Below are positions 19,781 to 28,318 of a stretch of DNA of 64,000 bases, piece after piece. Under the pieces are notes generated by a model. That model made no database searches. It saw nothing but the letters and a program-made list of their open reading frames with translations, and was not told where the DNA came from. Every line of letters starts with the position of its first letter. The first letter of the stretch is position 1. Both the position numbers and the translations under genes were made by a program. Location of the stretch: positions 62,001 to 126,000 of the IMG/VR virus record IMGVR_UViG_3300023174_000036. The stretch is one strand, 5' to 3'.

Positions 19781-20416
19781 TTATTGGAGTTTGTTTATTA
19801 TTGATAATAAACTCTCTTTGAGATATTTCTGTGCCTTAGGATCACCTTTCACCTCTTGCGCTATGCGTAAGGCATTTAATCCGCCTCGACTATTCATCAA
19901 GTGTTCATAAATTGGTGTAGGATATGCTCCTGGAGCACTAGGTTGAGCTACCATATCTACTGTGATAATCTCAAAATCTGAAACTTCACCGGAACCGTCT
20001 TCTTTGACGTTTCCGGATCCGCGTGAACTGACACCCAATTTGACCCCTGACTCTAACATAGTACGAATCAATTGTCCCATTGGGGTTGGTAAAATTTTCA
20101 GTTTACCGTAACCATTAGGACCGTCCATCCACATATTTGTTATCATGTGGGACACACGGTCCAGGTTAATTTTTAGATCATCTGGATGATCCACTTCTCC
20201 GAGTACTGAATAACCGTTCTGAATCTGATCGTTTAGGGTTTTGACAGCCTTGCCAATCTCATTCACAGGGTAAACACGCTGGTTAGCGTTACGAATACCG
20301 CCCTGGATACAAATCCCGGACATGTATAAGTTTTTCCCATCTTTGTCATCAGACTCAACGATCATTTTTGCTTCGTTGAAACTGAGATTCTCTCGGAGAT
20401 ATAACATATTTTTCAA
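19781..20416 (-). CDS. gp21: Prohead core protease (T4 gp21 family)
   Basis: N.N.RVYP, GEVDHP (catalytic His), VSH, GVSSRGSG (catalytic Ser), and D.VAQPSAPGA motifs. Confidence 0.95.
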   Translation of the reverse strand: MKNMLYLRENLSFNEAKMIVESDDKDGKNLYMSGICIQGGIRNANQRVYPVNEIGKAVKTLNDQIQNGYSVLGEVDHPDDLKINLDRVSHMITNMWMDGPNGYGKLKILPTPMGQLIRTMLESGVKLGVSSRGSGNVKEDGSGEVSDFEIITVDMVAQPSAPGAYPTPIYEHLMNSRGGLNALRIAQEVKGDPKAQKYLKESLLSIINKLQ

Positions 20417-20429
20417 TGTTGTCTCTTAA

Positions 20430-21338
20430 TTACTTGGCACGCTTTGGTGCGCCGTTCAACATACTAGTTGTGAATTTTTCACCATCACGACTGTTTTTGC
20501 CCGTTTCTGCACCTACGTTTTGTCCTGCTGGCGAACCTTTACGCTCAGCACCGTGACCTGGTTCTTTCTTTTTAAACGCTGTCTTACCTGCGTTGCCGCC
20601 TGGTACATTTACGTTTCCAAAGTTTTCTTCTTTAGTACTTGGGTTTAACAGACCACCCTTTGTACCACCGGTGCCTGATTCTTCTCTGCTACCCGCCATT
20701 AAGTTTGCGCCACCCATTCTGTTTGGCTTTGCAACTGGGCTTTTTGTATTTTGTCCATTGTCGCCATGCTTAGGAGCTGGAACTTTGTTTTTGTACTCTA
20801 ACATTAGTTCGTCGTCGCCTTCCATTGGCTCCATTGCCATCATGTCATCACCTTCTTCTGGCATTACATCCATGGAATCCATGTCGCCCATGTCGTCACC
20901 GCCCATGTGCTCTTCGCCTTCTTCGCCAGCCATTAGCTGTTCAAATTCTGCTTTTAATTCTTCTAAAGCGTCTTCTAGATCTAAAATGCGATCTGATTGT
21001 TCTGCATCATCCATAGAACCTTCTTCGTCGCCTTCTTCGTCGCCAAAATCCATTTCGTCTTCGCTGTCGTCTTCGCTGTCGTCTTCGCTGTCGTCATCCA
21101 TGTCAGCGTCGTCGGCTTCGTCGTCAGCTGGTTCTTCGCTGTCGTCTTCTTCGTCGCCAAATGCTTCTTGAGCATATGGGTTACCTGAGTCAGTTGCTTC
21201 AAAATCTTCAGATAGTAACTCTTCATAGATTTCACGTGATTTAGCAACTACGATATTGTGGAATATTTCTTTTGCTGTTTCTTGATCTTCGTTGATCAAA
21301 GCTTCAAGCATTGCTTCAAATTGAGCGCGGTCAGTCAT
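20430..21338 (-). CDS. Highly acidic prohead core-like protein (positional analogue of T4 gp67/gp68)
   Basis: 302 aa with a D/E-rich low-complexity middle and a basic G/K-rich tail; lies between the portal and protease genes. Confidence 0.65.
   Translation of the reverse strand: MTDRAQFEAMLEALINEDQETAKEIFHNIVVAKSREIYEELLSEDFEATDSGNPYAQEAFGDEEDDSEEPADDEADDADMDDDSEDDSEDDSEDEMDFGDEEGDEEGSMDDAEQSDRILDLEDALEELKAEFEQLMAGEEGEEHMGGDDMGDMDSMDVMPEEGDDMMAMEPMEGDDELMLEYKNKVPAPKHGDNGQNTKSPVAKPNRMGGANLMAGSREESGTGGTKGGLLNPSTKEENFGNVNVPGGNAGKTAFKKKEPGHGAERKGSPAGQNVGAETGKNSRDGEKFTTSMLNGAPKRAK
21055..21095. repeat. 12-bp tandem repeat (TCGTCTTCGCTG x ~3.4) encoding DDSE/SEDD
   Basis: Directly visible; in-frame coding repeat within the acidic protein. 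Confidence 0.9.
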
Positions 21339-21376
21339 GTTTATTCTCCTGTGATTTGTGATACAAGGCTGTAATA

Positions 21377-21384
21377 TATTTACA
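21377..21384 (-). promoter_or_regulatory. Late promoter core (TGTAAATA) for the core/protease/scaffold/capsid operon
   Basis: TAAATA core about 40 nt upstream of the ATG at 21338, with an AGGAG SD in between. Confidence 0.55.
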
Positions 21385-21445
21385 CTTTAATTACAAAAGT
21401 GGGTAGATATAGCATAAATTTAGCCTTTTTTATGCTATAGTTTGA

Positions 21446-21685
21446 TTATTGTGGTGCTGCCAGTGGTGCGGCATACATTGAATGTATAAATTCTAATTCA
21501 TTTTCCTGTTCTAGAATATGTGCTTCACTACTTTTTCTAAGTTCATTGATTTGTTTTAATGTTAATCTTGTTTTACGAGTGTCGTCAGTATGTAACATAG
21601 TGTCGTCACGCTCGGGGCTATAACGTAACTCGTTACCTAAGTCACGAGTATTTGGATCAATATAAAACAATTCTCTAAGTATCAT
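21446..21685 (-). CDS. Hypothetical head-module protein (79 aa, MILRELFY...)
   Basis: Start reassigned to the ATG at 21685, just after the portal stop; contains DTRKTRLTLKQINELRK. Confidence 0.7.
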   Translation of the reverse strand: MILRELFYIDPNTRDLGNELRYSPERDDTMLHTDDTRKTRLTLKQINELRKSSEAHILEQENELEFIHSMYAAPLAAPQ

Positions 21686-21692
21686 CTTGTAT

Positions 21693-23426
21693 TTATGCGG
21701 CAGGTGCAGTTGCTGGGCCTGCAGGTGCAACTGGAGGAACCGCTCCTTCTTCAGGCATAGCATCTTCCATGTCTTCTGGAGGAGTCATGTCGCCTGCGGC
21801 TCCTAAGTCGCCTTCAATACCAGCGGCGCTGAGTCCTGCACTGCGTAGTTCGCCGGCAGCGTCAGTACTGGTTGGTTGACCTTTACCGCTTTCTTCGCCC
21901 CACATGCGTTCGTTTTCTGCTACTTCTTCGTCTGTTAATCCCAAGAAACGTTTTAGTGCAAATCGTTTGCTCATGTAAGGCACGGCTTGCACTGTGTTAA
22001 ATGTGTTGATACGTTCAGCATCAATACTGGCTTGCTTGCTACTTGCAAAGTTTAACGGCGGATTAAACTTTAATTCAAACAAGTTTGCATCTATATTCAT
22101 GCCTTTGAAATACATGAATCGTTTGAATTCCACATCAAAAACAGTTGCTACCAGTGCTTGTAATCGTTCACAATACTTGTTGAATCGCAGTTCTTGAATG
22201 TATGCTGTGCCCACACGTCCGTCATTAAAACTTGCTTGACTATCGTCTGCACCTGTTGGCAAGTAGCTACTGGGTATACGTAAACCACGGAATAACTTGT
22301 TGGTAAAATACTTTAAATCGTCAATTTCGCCAAGATTTGTGCCGCCTGCAAGTGTTTCTACCTTGCTGCCGCGACCTTCAGCTGTTGTTGGAAAGAAGTA
22401 ATCTTCGTTGATGCTTAGTGGATTATACGCTGAATCAATAACGTTTTGGCCGCCGCCGCTTTGACTTGGAATACGTCTTTGATGGATTTCGTTTTTAACA
22501 CGTTCTACAAATGCCATGGCCAAGTGACTTGGCATGTTGCCCACGTCAATATGAAACACTCTACGCTCCGGAGCACGTTGTATACGATAGATTAAAATTG
22601 CATCTTCAAGCAACTCTTTCTGTTTGTAAACTTTAAAAATGTTTTCTAAAAGACTGTTACCAAATGGAAAATTGTTGTCTAAACCTTCACTTAGACTCAA
22701 ATGAATCACATGTTCCGCATCAATAGCATGTTCAGTTTCGCTGATGCCAAATCTATTTGAGCCGCCACTTGTTGGAAAAGATCCGTTGGTGCCTTTGTTT
22801 GAGGCCATGCCGGTTAGGCCGCTGTTGGGCAATCCACCACCTGCATTTTTAGGGTTAATATTGGCAGTGATCTGTGTGGCCACCAAACTCATAAAGTTAG
22901 GAGCAAGATCTTTAACTATGTACTGCTCTGGCTTTTTGCCGTCACTTTCATTCACAATGACTTTGACCAGCTTGCTTGGATCCATCCAGTTCCACTTTTG
23001 TGTTTCAGGATCACGTATGAAAAAACAATCACCGTATTTGAAAGTATTGCGTAAAATTCTAAAGATTCTAATGTCAAACTGTTGCAACTTGACCCACTGT
23101 TGCAAGTACTCAGCTAATATTCTAACTTCGCTGTTAGTGGCTTTGTTTCTCCATTGCACAGTGAACGGACTTTTGCCGTCTTTGAGTTTTTGTGTGCAAA
23201 ATTCTGCAAGAATATCCAAAGCCGCATTGACTTCTGGATCGCTGTCCATGACTTCGTATTGTTGATAACGTTCAATTCTGTTTGGGCTACCTGTGTACAC
23301 ATCGGGCAAGTAGTTACTGTAGTTTGTCTGGCTTGGCCCAGGACGACTGGCACCACCCATATTTCCCGAAATAGGGCTAAGGGACGATGACACATCCGCA
23401 GGCGTAAAATATTTTTTCCATGACAT
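21693..23426 (-). CDS. gp20: Portal vertex protein (T4 gp20 family)
   Basis: LLEDAILIYRIQRAPERRVFHIDVGNMP, EDYFFP, RGSKVETLAGG.NLGEIDD.KYF and ELRF.K motifs. Confidence 0.96.
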   Translation of the reverse strand: MSWKKYFTPADVSSSLSPISGNMGGASRPGPSQTNYSNYLPDVYTGSPNRIERYQQYEVMDSDPEVNAALDILAEFCTQKLKDGKSPFTVQWRNKATNSEVRILAEYLQQWVKLQQFDIRIFRILRNTFKYGDCFFIRDPETQKWNWMDPSKLVKVIVNESDGKKPEQYIVKDLAPNFMSLVATQITANINPKNAGGGLPNSGLTGMASNKGTNGSFPTSGGSNRFGISETEHAIDAEHVIHLSLSEGLDNNFPFGNSLLENIFKVYKQKELLEDAILIYRIQRAPERRVFHIDVGNMPSHLAMAFVERVKNEIHQRRIPSQSGGGQNVIDSAYNPLSINEDYFFPTTAEGRGSKVETLAGGTNLGEIDDLKYFTNKLFRGLRIPSSYLPTGADDSQASFNDGRVGTAYIQELRFNKYCERLQALVATVFDVEFKRFMYFKGMNIDANLFELKFNPPLNFASSKQASIDAERINTFNTVQAVPYMSKRFALKRFLGLTDEEVAENERMWGEESGKGQPTSTDAAGELRSAGLSAAGIEGDLGAAGDMTPPEDMEDAMPEEGAVPPVAPAGPATAPAA

Positions 23427-23441
23427 ATAAGTGTTATATCC

Positions 23442-25967
23442 TTAACCGAATCTATTACCTGACAGTCGTTTAGTGGCTTTAACTTGCTTAGTTGCAGTTT
23501 CAACTGTTTCGGCGCTGTGTTCTATTAGTTGTCGTATGCTTGTATTTAACTGAATTAATTGTTCGTTAAGATCATTTAGGCCAACTTTGTTTGATTGTTC
23601 TTCAAACTTTGGTTCTTCGGTTTTGTATTCAATTTCTTCCAAATCATTTGGTACAGCTTTATCAGTACTGGGTTTGGTTATGGAATCTATAGACTCTGAT
23701 TCAGCATTGTTAATTTTAGCTCTGTTAATTTCAGGTGTTACAGCATTATTAATTTTAGCGGCTTGTGCTTCTACTTTCTTTTGAGCATCTACCTGGCCCA
23801 ATCCCTGTGATATATTTTTCTGTATATCAGTAATGCTTACTGATTTTGTGTTGGGTTCTGTAACAGTTTTAGTTGTGGTGCCCGCACTGATTCGAGCTTC
23901 TATCTTAGAAGATATTTCTAACATTTTTGCTTCAAGTGCTTTGGCCTGTGGATTATCTTTCATGGCCCGTATAACATCTATGCCTTTGGCATCTGGTCCA
24001 AGATTGCTTTTTACTTGAGATCGTATGCCATCTCTATCTGTTTGATATTGTGCTTTGACTGCTTCTAATTCTTTCTTAGCGGCTTTGGCATCATCATTTT
24101 CAACACTGGATCTGGTAGTAGAACCACCACCACTTACTGAACTAATTGTAGTTGTGATCTCTTTTAAACCGCTGGTAATTTTGCTAACATCAAGTCCACC
24201 AGCACCAACGGTTGGTGTTTTAGTTGTTGCAGATTTCATTACATCATTAATAGCATTGCTTGCTGAACCAGACAACAAGTTCTTTAATTGTTCAGGAGTT
24301 ACCACTGTTTCCCCTTTGTGTAATTTTGCCACTACATCTTTGGGTTCAGTTGCTTGTCCTATTTCACCTAGTGTACCGTGTTCGCGTTTAGGACCTTCGC
24401 CGGCTGCTTTTCGTTGTTTAGCAACTTCAGAAGACTGTCCTGGTGCCACAGTTTCTACTATTTTGGTGCCGGCTGCTTTAAATCGTTTATCGGCTTCATC
24501 TTGATTTGTGTTATTACCAAATGCTCGCTCTAATGTTTGTCTAACTGCATTGATTTTGTCAGGACTTTGTCCTAATTCTTTATTAAATCCTGCCAATGCG
24601 CCGCTTGCTGCCGCGGCATTCATCCTTGCAGATTCATATACCGAGTTTAGTGCTTGAGTAGCTCGTGCGCCTTCGTTTTGTGTACCCGGGGCTCCGTAAG
24701 GACGATCTCTGCCTTCTTGAGTTCTACCACTTATGGCTGCATCTCCCAGTCCAACTAGCTGTGCTTGTTGTGCTTGTTCAGCAGTTAGTCCTGTACGTTG
24801 TGCGGCACCTTGGCCAAATTTTTGAGTATTTTCTGCTTGAGCTCGTTCGTAAGCGGCTTTTTGATTTGGATCTTGTGTAGTCAGTGCTCGCTGTGCAAAT
24901 TGTTTGCTGTTTTGATATTGATTTGCTCTAGCAACTTCAGATCTCATGCGTTCTTCTGCCGCAATTTTTTGAGGATCGTCTTCAGCTAGTCCAGCAGTTC
25001 GTCTAACATCTCTGGCAGCTCGCATGTATTGCCCTGCTCGTCCACCGGTAGAAACTTGCAATTGTGTTCGTTGATCTTTACTAAGAGCGCCACCGGCTAT
25101 GATAGTACTGGTGATGTTTTGCATAGATTGCCCTAGTCCGGCAGTTGCTAATCTAGTTGCTTGTAATGCATCTCTAGTTTGATCATTGCCAACTGCTTGC
25201 AGTTCCAATTGCCCTCTAGCAGATTTGTTATACTCTTGCATACTTGCAATAATCTGTTCTCGCCCAACTCCAGTAACAGTTGACAGTCTGTTGATGTTAT
25301 TGGACATTTCAGCAGTCTTGGCCAATAACTCTTCTCTGCCTTCTTTTGAATTCAGTTGGGTAGTTTTGCCTCCAGCCGCAATGGCGGCAATTTGTGCAAT
25401 CTCTTCTGGACTTACCCCAGCTAATCCTTTTAACTTTTGTGCTTGTGGAGTACCTTGTACGTCTTTAGCAAACTCTAAAAATTTTCTAGAACTTAATTCA
25501 TTAGATTGGTCAATAGTTTTTAAACTGTTTCCAGCAGTCTTAGTTAATTGGTCAATATAGTCTTTACCGTTTTTATATCCTGCTTTTTGTGCGTCTGCGG
25601 TTAATTGTGTGTAGTCTAGCTGGCCTATTCCAATCTTATTTGCTTGGTTAGCTAAGTCTCTGTATTCTTCTATTAATTTATAACTTGCCTTGCCTAATTG
25701 CCCACCTATGGATGCAACAGCCTCTAAGCTATTTTTGGCAGCATCACTGGCATTTCTAACATTCATAAATCCACTAGCAAGCTGTGGTAATTCTCTTGTC
25801 ATCAGACCGAGGAAATCGCTAGTACCTTTATTAAAAATTTCTAGTGGGTTACTGGTTGGGGCAGCAACCGGAGAAGCGGCTTTCTTGGCTTCTGAATTGT
25901 TGCCTAGAGCTTCTTTTATTGCTTCAAGTAGCTTAGTTGCTATTTGTCCGTAATCTAACTCTGCCAT
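23442..25967 (-). CDS. Tape-measure-like / baseplate hub tail-length protein (~841 aa)
   Basis: Long A/Q/K-rich helical protein with an HGT.G...AKLHKGETVVTPEQ motif of the kind seen in tape-measure proteins; adjacent to a gp26-like gene. Start set at ATG 25967 after a GGGGA SD. Confidence 0.6.
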   Translation of the reverse strand: MAELDYGQIATKLLEAIKEALGNNSEAKKAASPVAAPTSNPLEIFNKGTSDFLGLMTRELPQLASGFMNVRNASDAAKNSLEAVASIGGQLGKASYKLIEEYRDLANQANKIGIGQLDYTQLTADAQKAGYKNGKDYIDQLTKTAGNSLKTIDQSNELSSRKFLEFAKDVQGTPQAQKLKGLAGVSPEEIAQIAAIAAGGKTTQLNSKEGREELLAKTAEMSNNINRLSTVTGVGREQIIASMQEYNKSARGQLELQAVGNDQTRDALQATRLATAGLGQSMQNITSTIIAGGALSKDQRTQLQVSTGGRAGQYMRAARDVRRTAGLAEDDPQKIAAEERMRSEVARANQYQNSKQFAQRALTTQDPNQKAAYERAQAENTQKFGQGAAQRTGLTAEQAQQAQLVGLGDAAISGRTQEGRDRPYGAPGTQNEGARATQALNSVYESARMNAAAASGALAGFNKELGQSPDKINAVRQTLERAFGNNTNQDEADKRFKAAGTKIVETVAPGQSSEVAKQRKAAGEGPKREHGTLGEIGQATEPKDVVAKLHKGETVVTPEQLKNLLSGSASNAINDVMKSATTKTPTVGAGGLDVSKITSGLKEITTTISSVSGGGSTTRSSVENDDAKAAKKELEAVKAQYQTDRDGIRSQVKSNLGPDAKGIDVIRAMKDNPQAKALEAKMLEISSKIEARISAGTTTKTVTEPNTKSVSITDIQKNISQGLGQVDAQKKVEAQAAKINNAVTPEINRAKINNAESESIDSITKPSTDKAVPNDLEEIEYKTEEPKFEEQSNKVGLNDLNEQLIQLNTSIRQLIEHSAETVETATKQVKATKRLSGNRFG

Positions 25968-25993
25968 AAAAAAAATCCCCAAAAATATGCGTA

Positions 25994-26020
25994 TATAAAT
26001 AGCTATACATTATATTTATC
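25994..26020. promoter_or_regulatory. Pair of opposed late promoters: TATAAATA (+, 25994-26001) and GATAAATA (-, 26013-26020)
   Basis: Both match the gp55 consensus and lie in the 64-bp gap between divergent genes. Confidence 0.65.
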
Positions 26021-26031
26021 AGGAGTCAGAT

Positions 26032-26859
26032 ATGTCCCAAAATCCCTTACAACAGTTTTTTAGACAACCAAAAATTTATATTACATTGCCCAGCAAGGGT
26101 GTTTTTAATAGTCCAGAGTCGTTGTCGGGAACTTTTGAAAATATGCCAGTTTATGGCATGACTGGCATGGATGAAATTATTTTAAAGACTCCTGATGCAT
26201 TGATGTCCGGCGAAAGCACTGTTAAACTAATTCAAAGCTGTTGCCCCAGTATCAAAGATGCTTGGTCATTGACCACACTGGATACCAATCTAGTGTATGC
26301 CGCTATACGGATTGCCACTTACGGACATGAATTGTCAGTAACACAAACGTGCGCAGAATGTGAAACTGAAAATGATTTTGACATTGATTTGAATCATGTT
26401 GTAGAACATTATGGCAATTGCCATTACAATCACAAGTTGGTGTTGGATGGATTAACTGTTAAAACTAGACCGTTGACATTTAAAGAATCCAACGATTTTA
26501 GTTTGGAAAATTACAACTTGCAACAAAAATTAAATCAAGCAGATCAAATTGAAGATGTTACTGAAAAACAACGATTGTTCAAAGAACTGTTTGAAGAACT
26601 GTCAGTAACTCAACAGAAAATATTTTCAAAGAGTGTGGAAGCTGTTGAAGTTGGCGATCAGGTGGTTACTGATACAGTTTATATTGAAGAGTGGCTGAAA
26701 AATTGTGACAAGAGTGTGTTTGAAAAACTCAAAAAACATGTTGAAGACAACAGAACAGCTTGGGACATGCCCACATGGCCAGCAAAATGTGAAAAATGTG
26801 AAGCAGAGTCTAAGATTTATATTGAGCTTGATAACTCTAGTTTTTTCGACAACGCCTAA
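26032..26859 (+). CDS. gp26: Baseplate hub assembly protein / tail assembly chaperone (T4 gp26-like)
   Basis: P.IYITLPS.G N-terminus, MT..DE..L, IR.A..G, CxxC motifs (CAEC, CEKC) and a terminal SSFF; AGGAG SD. Confidence 0.8.
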   Translation: MSQNPLQQFFRQPKIYITLPSKGVFNSPESLSGTFENMPVYGMTGMDEIILKTPDALMSGESTVKLIQSCCPSIKDAWSLTTLDTNLVYAAIRIATYGHELSVTQTCAECETENDFDIDLNHVVEHYGNCHYNHKLVLDGLTVKTRPLTFKESNDFSLENYNLQQKLNQADQIEDVTEKQRLFKELFEELSVTQQKIFSKSVEAVEVGDQVVTDTVYIEEWLKNCDKSVFEKLKKHVEDNRTAWDMPTWPAKCEKCEAESKIYIELDNSSFFDNA

Positions 26860-27080
26860 TTAGATTCTCTCCCGAAGAGATACTTGAAGAACTAGTTAGG
26901 CTGGACAAACAGGCCAAAGAATTTAAACAAGAGTTGTTTAGAATCAGTTGGTACATGCGGGGAGGTGTAACAGTAAATGAACTACTGCACATCTACAGCT
27001 ATGAAGATCGACAGGCAATCTACGCTGTGATCAATGAAAACATTGAAATAACCAAAGAATCAAACATGCCTCTGTTGTAA
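26841..27080 (+). CDS. -1 frame extension of gp26 (gp51-like segment), reached by a probable programmed frameshift; alternatively a 41-aa ORF from ATG 26955
   Basis: The frame opens right after an in-frame TAG (26838-40), exactly at T_TTT_TTC (26841-47), and reads FFRQRLIRFSPEEILEELVRLDKQAKEFKQELFRISWYMRGGVTVNELLHIYSYEDRQAIYAVINENIEITKESNMPLL*. Confidence 0.7.
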   Translation, partial: FFRQRLIRFSPEEILEELVRLDKQAKEFKQELFRISWYMRGGVTVNELLHIYSYEDRQAIYAVINENIEITKESNMPLL

Positions 27081-27081
27081 G

Positions 27082-28281
27082 TTAATATCGTTTGACACGC
27101 ACATGATTGTTCATGCGATTGACTTCAAACCCGTTACCCATGTCTTCCCAATCACCGTTGGGATTTTTATTTGGCAACATTTTTCCAGCAGTATTTGTAT
27201 TGGTGGGATTAGTATCAGTTTGGCTATCAGCATCAGCTGGCGTTACTTTTCCAGCTTGTTTTTTCTTTTCTGCTTCAGCGTCTGCTGGATTGTTTGGATT
27301 GGGATAATCAGTTGGCAATAACCCAGCAGGAATGTCAGAGTCTTTGTAAGCAGTTGCTTTTAAAAACTTGACCCATTCTTTTTTAATTAAATCTTCAGTC
27401 CACACCAGCGGTTGACCAATCACACTGGCAATTGTGACTTTGTCGCTGAACAACAACGGACCAATAATAGGAATGGCATTGAGTTGCCACAGCATAAAGT
27501 TGTCAATGAAGTTTCTTACACTGAGGTCGCCGCCAAACTTGTGTGCGTCCAAGAATGACAACCATAAAGTTTTACCAGCAAGTCCAGTAACTTTGTTGGA
27601 AACAATAGCACTAGCCCAACCCAACACTGGCACTTTGTTCCATGCACTTGGGAAAGTTGCAACTAATTGTGCAAACAGCACTGCTAAAACTTCTTTGTGA
27701 TAATCGTGAAATGCTTCAAGATCAAATCCAGGCTTGCCATCTTCCGCAATGCCGTCTGGGCCAACTGACAGTTTATCCAATGCCCAGTCCATCTGTTTCC
27801 AGTATAGGTTTACTGCTTCCCAGATGTCTGCGGCTTGCCAAGCATACAGAACTTTTGATAGACCGTTTGCAGTTAATGATTTCCAAGATGATCGTGCTTT
27901 ACGAGCTTGATTTCTTATGTGCGCTGGTAACACCGCAGGAGCATCAGGTTCTTCTCTAGGTTTGGGTTTTGGCTTATTGATGGCTTTCCAGTCGTTGTAC
28001 AATTTGTTGTGATAACCAACTGTGTCTTTTTCAACTTGTTCAATAAATTCTGGATCGTTCTTGTATTGACTCTTGCTGATGCGCTCGTCCAGCATTTTAT
28101 CCAGTTCAGCACGAGGCACTTTGATGCCTTTTTTGGTATAAGTGTTGAATACTTGAGAGCCTATGTCAGTGGCCACTTCACGACCAAATGCGGCTTTGGC
28201 AGTTTGTTTGCCAAGAAACTTCCACGCATATTCAGCAGTTTCACCTGCGGCACCTTCAAGAATAACATCCAACACTTTCAT
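27082..28281 (-). CDS. Hypothetical late protein (399 aa) with hydrophobic segments; candidate internal head protein
   Basis: Has its own perfect late promoter; N-terminus MKVLDVILE; hydrophobic stretches in the C-terminal half. Confidence 0.7.
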   Translation of the reverse strand: MKVLDVILEGAAGETAEYAWKFLGKQTAKAAFGREVATDIGSQVFNTYTKKGIKVPRAELDKMLDERISKSQYKNDPEFIEQVEKDTVGYHNKLYNDWKAINKPKPKPREEPDAPAVLPAHIRNQARKARSSWKSLTANGLSKVLYAWQAADIWEAVNLYWKQMDWALDKLSVGPDGIAEDGKPGFDLEAFHDYHKEVLAVLFAQLVATFPSAWNKVPVLGWASAIVSNKVTGLAGKTLWLSFLDAHKFGGDLSVRNFIDNFMLWQLNAIPIIGPLLFSDKVTIASVIGQPLVWTEDLIKKEWVKFLKATAYKDSDIPAGLLPTDYPNPNNPADAEAEKKKQAGKVTPADADSQTDTNPTNTNTAGKMLPNKNPNGDWEDMGNGFEVNRMNNHVRVKRY

Positions 28282-28302
28282 AGAGATTTTTCCATTATGA
28301 CA

Positions 28303-28310
28303 TATTTATA
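28303..28310 (-). promoter_or_regulatory. Late promoter TATAAATA
   Basis: Exact T4 late consensus, 22 nt upstream of the ATG at 28281. Confidence 0.75.
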
Positions 28311-28318
28311 CACTATCA

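Noticed and set aside
20593-21247. 192-aa Ser-rich antisense ORF and other overlapping ORFs
   Set aside because: By-products of the GAA/GAC-rich low-complexity coding of the acidic protein.
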